Notes: a model not told the origin generated them from the sequence alone. 64,000 nucleotides of DNA from an uncultured Acidobacteriota bacterium (GCA_963809485.1 CAWEJX010000016.1:1-64000), one strand, 5' to 3'. Counted from the first letter of the stretch, positions 50,978 to 60,568 are shown. A program made the numbers and translations.

Positions 50978-51181
50978 AGCAATGCTCCTTTCGATTTCTG
51001 GTTTTTTGTGGCAACAGTCTCTTATGATGCAATGACATATGATCGCCGGCCCTCGGGCATAAAACCAATAGACGCCGGCTGTATTCATCATGTAATTTCC
51101 CTTTCCACGCAAATTGCTGGTAGAATATAGTTAAGTGGTATTTTCATCAGCGCTGGATTCCCCCCTGCCTGGAGCCGGACA

Positions 51182-52933
51182 ATGCCCCAAGTGGTTCGCT
51201 TCGACTGCTTCGAAGTTGATCTGGACGCCGGACAGCTCCGCAAACGCGGCAACAGGATTCGTCTGCGCGATCAGCCTTTCCAGGTGCTCGCTGCCCTTCT
51301 GGAACACCCCGGCCAAGTGGTTACTCGCGACGCTCTGCGCCGGCGCCTGTGGCCCGGTGACGTTTTCGTCGACTTCGACAACAGCCTGAATATCGCCGTT
51401 GCCCGGCTGCGGTTGGTGCTGGGAGATCCGATCAAGCATCCTCGCTTTATCGAGACGCTGCCCAAGCGCGGATACCGGTTTGTTGGAAAGGTGTCTTCGC
51501 CGCCTTTCACCATCGACGAAGGGCCAGTCCGGAAACCCAGGCTGATAGTGCTTCCATTCCTGAATTTGAGCGGAGATCCGGCCCAAGAGTATTTCAGTGA
51601 TGCCGTGACCGATGAAATCATCGGCGCCCTGGCAAGCCTGGCACCGGAGCAATTGGCGGTCATTGCCCGCACCACGGCCATGCGTTACAAGGGCAGCCAT
51701 AAGGATGTATCCAGAATCGGCCGTGAGTTGGCGGTGGACTACATCGTGGAAGGATCTTTCCACCCTGCCAAAGAACAGCTTGTGATCAACGCACAGCTTA
51801 TTCAGACCAGCGACCAGGCTCATCTGTTCGCGCGGAGATACGAAGGAGACCTGCGCGACATCTTCCAACTTCAGAGCTCCATTGCACAAGATATCGCCGC
51901 AAACATCCCGGTGGTTGCGGGCAAGGTTGGCAGCGAGCAGGCCGCAAGGAAGCCAACGGAGAATCTCGCGGCCTACAACGAGTACATTAAGGGCCGTTAC
52001 GAGATGTGGAAGTGGACGCCGGAGGCTGTGGCGAAAGCGAAGCACCACTTCGAGGCAGCGCTCGACCTCGATCCCAACTTCGCCTTGGCTTGCGACGCTC
52101 TCGCCAATCTTTATGGCTACCTGGGGCTTTGGGGATTTCTTCCGCCCGATGAAATGGAACCGCTGCGCAGATTCTACGGAGTGCGTGCTTTCGAGCTCGA
52201 TCCCACGCTGGCCGAGCCCCGGACCCACGTTGCTTACCATCCACAGAAACTGCATTACGAAGACGCCTATTCCTATAACTGGAAGGAGGCCGAGAGGGAG
52301 ATGGCGCATGCGCGAGATCTGAGTCCCAATTCATCCTTGATCCGGGTCAGATACGCGAGTGTCCTGATGACGATGGGAAAGACGGAGCAGGCTGCCGCGG
52401 AATTGGAAGTTGCTCTTGAGCTCGATCCGCTTTCGATGGAGGTCTATTTCTGGCTGGTATTGGCGCTGTTCTTTGGCCGCCAATCCGAGCGCGCCCTCGC
52501 ACAGGCGCAGCAGATGGTCAAACTGGAGCCGGGAAATCATTTCTCATTCATGATGCTGGGTCTGGCTTACCTGGAGATGCAGAAATATGAGGAAAGCGTG
52601 GCTGCGTTTCGCGGAGCGTCTGAGCTATCAGGCGACTTCCCTCTCATGCTGGGATGGCTTGGACTGGCGTTGGGCCTGGGAGGACATACGGATGATGCCA
52701 GGAAGATGCTGGAGCGCCTCCGGACAATCGCCACCGAACGATTCGTGCTGCCGTCGAGTTTCGCCTGGATTCATCTCGGGCTCGGCGAGATCGACGAAGC
52801 CTTTGCCTGGATGGAGCGTGCCGCTGCCCACAACGACGAATGGGTCCATCCGCTGAAAACCTACTCATTCCTGGACCCGCTCCGGTCCGACCCGCGGCTT
52901 CATGTTCTTATGCACAAATTGAACCTGGATTAG
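51182..52933 (+). CDS. winged-helix (CadC/OmpR-type) - TolB_N-like - TPR transcriptional regulator
   Basis: RLRDQPFQVL, IETLPKRGYRF, VLPFLNLSGDPAQEYFSD, TPR helices, DPLRSDPR. Confidence 0.88.
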   Translation: MPQVVRFDCFEVDLDAGQLRKRGNRIRLRDQPFQVLAALLEHPGQVVTRDALRRRLWPGDVFVDFDNSLNIAVARLRLVLGDPIKHPRFIETLPKRGYRFVGKVSSPPFTIDEGPVRKPRLIVLPFLNLSGDPAQEYFSDAVTDEIIGALASLAPEQLAVIARTTAMRYKGSHKDVSRIGRELAVDYIVEGSFHPAKEQLVINAQLIQTSDQAHLFARRYEGDLRDIFQLQSSIAQDIAANIPVVAGKVGSEQAARKPTENLAAYNEYIKGRYEMWKWTPEAVAKAKHHFEAALDLDPNFALACDALANLYGYLGLWGFLPPDEMEPLRRFYGVRAFELDPTLAEPRTHVAYHPQKLHYEDAYSYNWKEAEREMAHARDLSPNSSLIRVRYASVLMTMGKTEQAAAELEVALELDPLSMEVYFWLVLALFFGRQSERALAQAQQMVKLEPGNHFSFMMLGLAYLEMQKYEESVAAFRGASELSGDFPLMLGWLGLALGLGGHTDDARKMLERLRTIATERFVLPSSFAWIHLGLGEIDEAFAWMERAAAHNDEWVHPLKTYSFLDPLRSDPRLHVLMHKLNLD

Positions 52934-52946
52934 TCCGCTGCAAATT

Positions 52947-53336
52947 CAGGCACCTCCGGCAAAGCCGGAGGCTTGAAAGATTGGAACCGCTCAAAGCGGT
53001 TGGACTAGTTACGCTGGTCTTGAACGCTGACTTACGCGGGCAAAAGCCGATGAGGCGCTTCCGATCCCCGCAGGGACCAGCGCTCCGCGCTGGACAGTTT
53101 TATGCGGCGGCACTGTGGCAAACGCCTGGTTTCTCATAACCGCCATCTCCTTGCCGCACGGCGCTTGCCACAGTGCCGCCGCATAAAACTCCATCGAAAG
53201 CGCCTCATCGGCTTTTGCTCGCCGACCCTCGCCGAACAAATCGGCGTTTGTCAGCGCTTTTATCAGCGTTTCGAGATACGAAGCCGTCAAACTCTTTGAG
53301 TCCCCAGGCAGAGCCGGAGGTTTGCCAATAGAATTA
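52947..53336. mobile_element. non-autonomous IS200/IS605-like element (copy C) with a nested long hairpin
   Basis: same ends as copies A and B plus a ~170-bp palindromic insert. Confidence 0.65.
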
Positions 53337-53602
53337 ACAGGTGACTGTAATCCATATTCAAAAAAGCAGCAGGTTGTTTTGGTTCGCCGCTCGCATGTCA
53401 CAGGTCACTGTTTACACGTTGCAGGTTTCAGACTGCAAAAAACCGGTTGCTGTTTGACCTGCAATCCTGGATCGTTGCCTCCGCTTCATTCGATAACATT
53501 TGCGTGTTCTCAAACAAATTATTTCTGTTTGTCCACAAATACTGCATGCTAAAGTTCCCTCGACTGGCCGAAACTGATTTCTCATGTTACGGGGAGTTCG
53601 CT

Positions 53603-55168
53603 GTGATAAAAAGCCGCTTGATATTCCTGATTCTACCGTTCTGCTGCCTGTGGTCCAGCACTGCATTTTCCGTGGAGGCGGGAAATCCGATGCTGAGCAT
53701 CGGGGGCATTGTGCAAAGCCCGATGCAATTGAGTTTGCCGGATCTGCAGAAGTTCAATCCGGTAAAAGTTTTGGCTCGTCCCAAGACCGGGGTGAAAGAG
53801 ACTATTCGATATGGCACTGTGCCGCTCAGGAGCCTGATCGAGCTGGCAAAAATTCGGGAGCCCTTTCAGGGACTTGCCATTTCAGTAAAAAACCATCAGG
53901 GCGAACAGACGGTTTTGTCGTGGGGAGAAGTATTTCTGGCGGGCCGCGATCGCATTTTTGTTGCACATTCCGTGAATGCCGGCGCCTCGGCGCCCTATCA
54001 GGATTTGCCGGCTCTGATCCTGGAACGGGATAAAAAAGCCAGCCTATTCCTCGGGAAGATAACCTTCATTGAAGTCATCCAGACAGCCCATTTCCAATCA
54101 GATCCTGCCTACTCGAGAAAAGCGGTGACATCCGAATCGGTCCGCGGCCGCATGCTGGAATCCGTGCTCGAGAAAATGGCTATCAAGCTCGAACGGACCG
54201 ATGTCCTCAGGATCACATCCGCAAATGGAAATGCAGCCATTGTATCCATTGGAGACCTTCAATCCGCGGCGGCTCCGGCCGTTGTCTCGCGGCCGGCAAA
54301 CCGCGCAGACGGAACCTCCTATGACCTCGTGTTTCCGGGTGACGCCTCTAAAGCCCGAGCGCTGGATAATATTTCCTTCGTCGAGGTTCTCAGCCTGAAA
54401 CAGAAGCCGATGCTTTATGTGTTAGGCGTGGGGTGCGGGGATCCGGACCTGCTGACCAATGAGGCTATTTCGGCCATGGGCAGGGCGGATGCTTTTATCG
54501 GCAAGGAGGACTACCAGAAGAGTCTTGCCGAATACATCGCAGGCAGGCCGGTGCTGTTCGATCCCTTCATGCAGCTTGCCCGGTATCAAAAGGCCAGGCA
54601 TCCCGAGTTTACCGATCAGGAAGCGGAGAAGACAGCGAATGCGGTTTATGCGGACAATATCGAAACGGCCAGGAAGCTGCTGAAGGAAGGCAGGATTATC
54701 GGGCTTCTTGAACCTGGAGACCCTACTTTGTACGGAGGCTGGCGAAACTGGCTGTCGGAATATATTCCGGCAGATCAGATAAAAATCATCCCGGGGATGA
54801 GTTCGTTCAGCGTCGCGAATGCCGTTCTGGGGGAATTCGACCTGACGGAAAATCCCATTGTCATCGTTGAGCCGGAAGATCTGAAAGCCGACGATGCGCT
54901 GATTCAGGCGGCAGCCCGCAACGGCCATACTCTCGTCGTGTTCATGGGATTAAACAGGATGAAGAGCCTGGTCCCTTTGCTCGGCCGGCATTTTCCGCCG
55001 GACACGCCGCTGTTCGTTGTGTATTACGCAGGCATAGATGGGAAAGAACACAGGCTGTCGACCACAATTTCGAAAGCAATCGATGCCACGGATGCAGAAA
55101 AGGAAAATTTTCTCGGGCTCATTTATGTGGGAAGAGAACTGAAAATTCCTTCGCGACCTTCGCCCTGA
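53603..55168 (+). CDS. signal peptide + molybdopterin-oxidoreductase-like domains + C-terminal tetrapyrrole (corrin) methyltransferase
   Basis: GTG start with GGGGAG SD; LSIGGIVQSPMQLSLPDL..VPLRSLIE; LYVLGVGCGDPDLLT, GDPTLYG, IIPGMSSF, LVVFMG. Confidence 0.72.
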   Translation: MIKSRLIFLILPFCCLWSSTAFSVEAGNPMLSIGGIVQSPMQLSLPDLQKFNPVKVLARPKTGVKETIRYGTVPLRSLIELAKIREPFQGLAISVKNHQGEQTVLSWGEVFLAGRDRIFVAHSVNAGASAPYQDLPALILERDKKASLFLGKITFIEVIQTAHFQSDPAYSRKAVTSESVRGRMLESVLEKMAIKLERTDVLRITSANGNAAIVSIGDLQSAAAPAVVSRPANRADGTSYDLVFPGDASKARALDNISFVEVLSLKQKPMLYVLGVGCGDPDLLTNEAISAMGRADAFIGKEDYQKSLAEYIAGRPVLFDPFMQLARYQKARHPEFTDQEAEKTANAVYADNIETARKLLKEGRIIGLLEPGDPTLYGGWRNWLSEYIPADQIKIIPGMSSFSVANAVLGEFDLTENPIVIVEPEDLKADDALIQAAARNGHTLVVFMGLNRMKSLVPLLGRHFPPDTPLFVVYYAGIDGKEHRLSTTISKAIDATDAEKENFLGLIYVGRELKIPSRPSP

Positions 55169-55252
55169 TCCTTGCCGCCCTGCTGCATCGGATCTCAAGC
55201 GTACATTGTCGTGTCAACCTGTAACGGGAAACCTGTAACAGAAAACGATAAG

Positions 55253-56494
55253 TCAAGAGATATAGCTGGCGTTGATGTCGACGTAGCCATGACTTAAATC
55301 GCAGGTCCAGACCTTTGCCGCGGCGCGGCCGCCTGCCAGGTCGACATCAATCTGCAAATCGTGGTTTTTCATTGATTTTTTCGCGCGGGCCCGGGTTGAA
55401 CCGACGGGAGATCCGTTGCGAAAAATAGGTATCCCATTCAGGCTCAATCCAACAGTGTCCGGATCAAACGGCACGCCGCTGTAACCCACGGCACACAAGA
55501 TACGCCCCCAGTTCAGTTCCTGACCGTATAGGGCGGTTTTCACCAGGCTGGAGTGCGCGATAGCCTTGGCCACTTTGCGGGCCGCCTCGAAATCGGCGGC
55601 GCCCCGCACCATTATTTCCACAAACTTTGTGGCCCCTTCCCCGTCCCTTGCGATGCTTTTGGCCAGCTCTTCGCAAACCAGGCTCAGGCCTATTTCAAAA
55701 AACGAGGCGGAACGACGGTCCGCGATAGAGGCGCCCGAAGCCCCGTTTGCGAGCGCCAGGACCGTGTCGTTGGTGGACGTGTCGCCGTCGACGGTGAGGC
55801 AGTTGAAAGTTCTGTCCGCGCTCCGGCGCAGCATGCGGCTCAATTCCCCCGGCGGAACCTGCGCATCCGTCGTGACAACGGCGATCATGGTGGCCATTTG
55901 CGGGTGAATCATCCCGGCTCCTTTGGCCATTCCACCGATGCGCACGGTTTTTCCCGCTATGCGCCCTTCCACGGCAATGGATTTCTCGCGTGTATCGGTG
56001 GTCATGATGGCCCGAACGGCTGCAGGGCCGCCCCGCGAGTTGAGCGCGCTGGCGGCGGCGCCGATGCCTTTCAACATCCTGGGTACGGGGAGAAAACTGC
56101 CGATCACACCGGTGCTTGCCACCAAAACCCGGTTGGGATGTACTTCGAGGCGCGATGCCAGACAGCGCGCGCTGATGCGCGCGTCGTGCATCCCGCGGTC
56201 CCCGGTGCAGGCATTCGCGCACCCGGAGTTGATAAGGATCGCGCGGGCGCGTCCACGGGAGAGCTTGAGGTGCTCCCTGCAAAGCAAAACCGGAGCCGCC
56301 TGCACGCGGTTGAGAGTAAAAACTCCCGCGGCTGACGATGGCTGTGAAGAAAACACAACGGCGAGGTCGAGCCCTTTTTTCTTGATTCCGGCGGCTACAC
56401 CAGCGGCAAGATAGCCCTGAGGCGCCGTGATGCCGCCTTCAGTGATCCGCCATTCAGCGGATGATTTGGATCGGGAAGCGTGCGTTCGTGTCAT
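55253..56494 (-). CDS. argJ: ornithine acetyltransferase
   Basis: NSGCANACTG, STGVIG, IMTTD, KGAGMIHPQMATM, DGDTSTND, DGEGATK. Confidence 0.95.
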   Translation of the reverse strand: MTRTHASRSKSSAEWRITEGGITAPQGYLAAGVAAGIKKKGLDLAVVFSSQPSSAAGVFTLNRVQAAPVLLCREHLKLSRGRARAILINSGCANACTGDRGMHDARISARCLASRLEVHPNRVLVASTGVIGSFLPVPRMLKGIGAAASALNSRGGPAAVRAIMTTDTREKSIAVEGRIAGKTVRIGGMAKGAGMIHPQMATMIAVVTTDAQVPPGELSRMLRRSADRTFNCLTVDGDTSTNDTVLALANGASGASIADRRSASFFEIGLSLVCEELAKSIARDGEGATKFVEIMVRGAADFEAARKVAKAIAHSSLVKTALYGQELNWGRILCAVGYSGVPFDPDTVGLSLNGIPIFRNGSPVGSTRARAKKSMKNHDLQIDVDLAGGRAAAKVWTCDLSHGYVDINASYIS

Positions 56495-57006
56495 ATGTGC
56501 AGGACCATGGCGAGTTCATCGCATTTATTGAATTTGGGGCAGTGGAAGCACTCGTTATACACCTTCAACGGCATGGTGCTGTGTTCGACCTGTATAAAAC
56601 CGAAACTGCCGAAAAACTTTGGTTCATAGGTAAAACAAAATACCTGCTCGATTCCCAGCGCCCGCGCCTCGGAGAGCAATTCCTCAACCAGGGCTTTTCC
56701 GATGCCTTTTCTTGCCATGCCGGGCGCCACGGCCAGTGCGCGTATCTCCGCGAGGTTCTCCCAGTAAATATGGAGGGCGCCGCAGCCCAGCACCTGGACA
56801 GGGTCCGAAGCATTCACGGCGACGCTGTAGTCGCGCAGGTTCTCATAAATCTGCAGCAGCGTCTTGGGCAGCATCTGCTGCTGATCGGCATAATAATTGA
56901 TGAGCCGACACATTTCACTTGCATCGGCGAGCCTGGCTTTACGGACCAGCGTCTTGAGACCGGCAGAGGATTCCAGCCCTTGCTGCGATTGAGCCATTTC
57001 AATCAT
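56491..57006 (-). CDS. argA: short GNAT N-acetylglutamate synthase
   Basis: MLPK..QIYENLRD, AEIRALAV, KGIGKALV, KVYNECFHC; operon context. Confidence 0.8.
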   Translation of the reverse strand: MIEMAQSQQGLESSAGLKTLVRKARLADASEMCRLINYYADQQQMLPKTLLQIYENLRDYSVAVNASDPVQVLGCGALHIYWENLAEIRALAVAPGMARKGIGKALVEELLSEARALGIEQVFCFTYEPKFFGSFGFIQVEHSTMPLKVYNECFHCPKFNKCDELAMVLHI

Positions 57007-57027
57007 TTGCGGCCTCCTTAAAGCCGG

Positions 57028-58248
57028 TTACGCGGATTCCAGTTCGCCCAAAACCTGGTCGAGAGCAACGAGGAACTCATCAATGTCTTTTTCCGAGATG
57101 ATAAACGGAGGAAGAAGCCGCAGCACCGTATCATGCGCAGCGTTCGCGATGAATCCTTTTTTCAGAAGGCGGTTCACCGCCTCTTTGGCAATGCTGCCGA
57201 TCTCGATGCCGATCATCAGCCCCATGCCCCGTATCTCTCCGATCGAGGGATGCTGCGGGGCCAGGCTCTGAATCCCGCGAACCAGGTATTTCCCCAACTC
57301 GGCGACTCTGGGGAGGAGTTTTTCATCGTCGATGATGTCCAGCACTTCCAGGGCAAGCCTGCAGGCCAGCGGTCCGCCGCCGAAGGTAGTGCCGTGGTCC
57401 CCGGGCTTCAGGCATTCGGCAACGCGCGCATTGCCCAGAACGGCGCCCAGCGGATATCCTGCCGCAAGGGACTTGGCCAGCGTCACAACGTCCGGCTTGA
57501 TTCCGTACTGCTCGAATGCAAAATATTTTCCGGTTCTCCCCAGGCCGCATTGGATTTCGTCCGCGACCAGGAGAGCGTCGTAGTGGTCGCAAAGCGCCCG
57601 GGCTGAGCCCACAAATGCCTGCGGCAAAGGAACTATGCCGCCTTCACCCTGGATCGGCTCCAAAACCAGCGCACACACTCTGTCCGAAAACGCCTTTCCC
57701 AGGCTCTCAGGTTTCAGATCCTCGATAATTTCAACGCCGGGCACCAGGGGACGGAAAGGCGCCTGGTATTTTTCCTGGGTCGTAATGCTTAGGGCCCCAA
57801 AAGTCCTGCCGTGGAATGAATTTTTGAGCGTCAGAATCACCGATTTTTCGCTGCTCCGGGCATGGCCATAGGCGCGCGCAATCTTGAGAGCCGCCTCGAT
57901 CGCTTCGGTTCCGCTGTTGGTAAAAAAAACTTTGGACATGCCGGAAATTGCCGCAAGCCTTTTGGCCAGAAGACCCTGGTAAGGGTGATAAAACAAATTG
58001 GAGCTGTGCACCAGGCGCTGCCCCTGTTCGGCCAGCACCCGCGCGATTCGCGGGTGGTTGTAACCCAGTGAGTTGACGGATATGCCGGCCAGGAAATCCA
58101 CATAGCGTTTGCCGGCAAGGTCATAGACATAAACGCCTGAACCGTGTGAGCAGAACAGATCGGATCTCTTATAGGTGGCGAAGAGGTATTGTTCTTCAAG
58201 AGCCTGTATTTCCTCCGCTTTGAGCGGTATCGCTTCAGTCTTTTCCAT
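57028..58248 (-). CDS. argD: acetylornithine aminotransferase
   Basis: NSGTEAIEAA, SFHGRT, EPIQGEGG, DEIQCG, TLAKSL, HGTTFGG. Confidence 0.93.
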   Translation of the reverse strand: MEKTEAIPLKAEEIQALEEQYLFATYKRSDLFCSHGSGVYVYDLAGKRYVDFLAGISVNSLGYNHPRIARVLAEQGQRLVHSSNLFYHPYQGLLAKRLAAISGMSKVFFTNSGTEAIEAALKIARAYGHARSSEKSVILTLKNSFHGRTFGALSITTQEKYQAPFRPLVPGVEIIEDLKPESLGKAFSDRVCALVLEPIQGEGGIVPLPQAFVGSARALCDHYDALLVADEIQCGLGRTGKYFAFEQYGIKPDVVTLAKSLAAGYPLGAVLGNARVAECLKPGDHGTTFGGGPLACRLALEVLDIIDDEKLLPRVAELGKYLVRGIQSLAPQHPSIGEIRGMGLMIGIEIGSIAKEAVNRLLKKGFIANAAHDTVLRLLPPFIISEKDIDEFLVALDQVLGELESA

Positions 58249-59032
58249 GTATTTCCGTTCCTTCCGTCAAGATGCCTTCTAAGAATCGTGTCAAAACATC
58301 CGGGCTGGAACCCGGGAGTATGCGGACCGATGCCACGCCTGCCGCAAGCGCTTCAAGGCATGATGAGGTTTTGGGCAGCATCCCTCCGGAGAGAATCCCT
58401 TTGGAACGCATGTCCTGGATTCCGGATTCTCCAATGCTTCTCACAACAACACCCTTTTCATCCCGGATGCCGGGGACATCCGTTAAATAGATCAGAGATG
58501 CACAGCCCGCACCTGAAGCGCACGCTGCAGCCATCTGGTCCGCATTTACATTGTAAAGCTCGTAATCGGGCCCCAGAGCGATGCTGGAGACAACGGGTGT
58601 CAGGCCTGCCCCGAGAACCAGCTCAAAAAATGACCGGTTCACATCGGATGGTTTTCCCACAAACCCGATGTCTGACGGGTATCCCGGCAGATGCGAGAGC
58701 TGCAGGCATCGGACCGCCCCGGCGTCCGCGCCGCAGATCCCTATGGCCCCGTTTCCCAGCCGGCTCATCTCCGCGACAATCTTCTTATTGACTTCGCCGG
58801 CGAACACCATCACGGCCACATCGAGTGTCTCGGCGTCTGTTACACGCAGTCCTTCTCTGAATTCCGATTTCATCTGAAGCTGAGACAGCCTCCGGCTCAG
58901 GCTTTTGCCTCCCCCGTGCACGAGAATGACTTCATGGCCTTTTGCGGCCGCCGCGCAAACCTGCGTAAGCAGATGCGTGCGTATGCCGACATCCTCCAGG
59001 ATGCTCCCGCCGAGTTTGACTGTGATGCGCAT
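58235..59032 (-). CDS. argB: acetylglutamate kinase
   Basis: VKLGGS, VHGGG, GLRVTD, NVNAD, LTDVPG, GGMLPK. Confidence 0.94.
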   Translation of the reverse strand: MRITVKLGGSILEDVGIRTHLLTQVCAAAAKGHEVILVHGGGKSLSRRLSQLQMKSEFREGLRVTDAETLDVAVMVFAGEVNKKIVAEMSRLGNGAIGICGADAGAVRCLQLSHLPGYPSDIGFVGKPSDVNRSFFELVLGAGLTPVVSSIALGPDYELYNVNADQMAAACASGAGCASLIYLTDVPGIRDEKGVVVRSIGESGIQDMRSKGILSGGMLPKTSSCLEALAAGVASVRILPGSSPDVLTRFLEGILTEGTEIHGKD

Positions 59033-59042
59033 CCGCGACTCC

Positions 59043-60068
59043 TTACAGAAGGCCCGTGCTTTCCTCAAGTCCGTGCATCAGATTAAAATTCTGCAGCGCC
59101 TGGCCTGAAGCTCCTTTAACCAGGTTGTCGATGGCCGAAAAAACCACGGCCCGCCTCCCGCCATGAGTCAGCCGCCAGCCGATGTCGCAAAAATTCGTGT
59201 GATTGACTGCGCGCAGTTCAGGCAAGCGCGACCCGCCGAGGATCCGGACAAACGGGCGATTGCCGTACCTGTTGCCATATTCGGTTTCGATTTCGGCCGA
59301 ACTGACCGGCCGGTGGAATTGGATATAGATTGTGGAGATGATCCCACGACTGACTGGCAGGAGGTGAGGAATGAACGTGAAGCTTTCCAGATTCCAGCCC
59401 AGTTCCTGGCACATCTCCGGGGCATGCCGGTGCGATACCGGGCTATAGGCACGGAAATTTTCCGCAACTTCCGAGAACATCAGTTCCTGCTTCACACCCC
59501 GGCCTGCTCCTGTCACGCCGGACTTGGAGTCGCAAAAAATTTCGGAACCCGTTTCGAGCATTCCGCCCCGTACCAGGGGTAGCAGCGCCAGGGTAACGGA
59601 AGTTGGGTAGCAGCCCGGATTGGCGATGAGCTGCGCTGGGGCGATCTGCCTGGCGTTCCATTCCGGGAGCCCGTAGACCGCCTTGCCCAGCAGTTCCGGG
59701 CTGGTATGCTGGAATCCATACCAGGACGGATAGCTGGCTTCATCCTTGAGGCGGAATGCTCCGCTGAAATCCACAACCCGGATACCGGCCGCCAGGATTT
59801 GCGGAACCAGCTGGTACGATACTTTATCGGGTGTGCAGAGGAATACCGTGTCCAGCCCGAGCGACGCCATGCGCCCGGCATCCGGAGTAAAGGTGACCAG
59901 GCTGCAGCTTCCGCGCAGGCCCGGATGAAGGTCCTGCACCTGCTTTTCGCCGATTTCCGCCGCATCCATGGCCGCCGCAAATTCGACGGCAGGATGCCGC
60001 AACACCAGCTTGATCAATTCCAGTCCGGCATATCCGCTTACCCCGATAATCCCTACTCTGATCTTCAT
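59043..60068 (-). CDS. argC: N-acetyl-gamma-glutamyl-phosphate reductase
   Basis: GVSGYAG, ANPGCYPT, SGVTGAG, HRH.PE, DNLVKGASGQA. Confidence 0.95.
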   Translation of the reverse strand: MKIRVGIIGVSGYAGLELIKLVLRHPAVEFAAAMDAAEIGEKQVQDLHPGLRGSCSLVTFTPDAGRMASLGLDTVFLCTPDKVSYQLVPQILAAGIRVVDFSGAFRLKDEASYPSWYGFQHTSPELLGKAVYGLPEWNARQIAPAQLIANPGCYPTSVTLALLPLVRGGMLETGSEIFCDSKSGVTGAGRGVKQELMFSEVAENFRAYSPVSHRHAPEMCQELGWNLESFTFIPHLLPVSRGIISTIYIQFHRPVSSAEIETEYGNRYGNRPFVRILGGSRLPELRAVNHTNFCDIGWRLTHGGRRAVVFSAIDNLVKGASGQALQNFNLMHGLEESTGLL

Positions 60069-60508
60069 TCCGCAAACTCCCTGATTCTGGCCATGACTTT
60101 CCTGCCGAAACGCCTGCTGCGCAGGAGTACGAAAATCGTATCGTCTCCGGCAACCGTGCCCAAGACCTCCGGCCACTGCGCGCCGTCCAGAACAACTCCG
60201 ACCGAATGGGCGTTGCCCGGAGCCGTCTTGATCATCACGATGTTGCCCGACAAGCCTGTTTGAACGATGAACTGCGAAAAGGCCCGGCGCAGCGTCTGGT
60301 CCGCGGTTTCAACGCGCACATCGCCGGGAACCTGGTACCGGCCGCGGACCTTGACCAGCCCCAGTTCCCGAATGTCCCTGGAGAGCGTAGACTGAGTGAC
60401 ACCGATCCGATCGCGGTTCAGGAGAGATGCCAGCTCCTCCTGGCTGCCGATCGGCCGTCTGCCGACAATTTCAAGAATTTTTGCCTGCCGTGCGTTTCTC
60501 GATTTCAT
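60065..60508 (-). CDS. argR: arginine repressor
   Basis: SQEEL, TQSTLSRD, GTVAGDDT. Confidence 0.95.
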   Translation of the reverse strand: MKSRNARQAKILEIVGRRPIGSQEELASLLNRDRIGVTQSTLSRDIRELGLVKVRGRYQVPGDVRVETADQTLRRAFSQFIVQTGLSGNIVMIKTAPGNAHSVGVVLDGAQWPEVLGTVAGDDTIFVLLRSRRFGRKVMARIREFAE

Positions 60509-60512
60509 GGTT

Positions 60513-60568
60513 TAAACATAATTATGCAATAAATTGCTTAATTATACAGATCCTGATTCGCAGTGCAA
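60513..60568 (-). promoter_or_regulatory. argR promoter with two tandem ARG boxes
   Basis: minus strand tcTGTATAATTAAGCAat-tt-atTGCATAATTATGTTta; TTGCAC-16 nt-TATAAT overlapping the upstream box. Confidence 0.75.
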
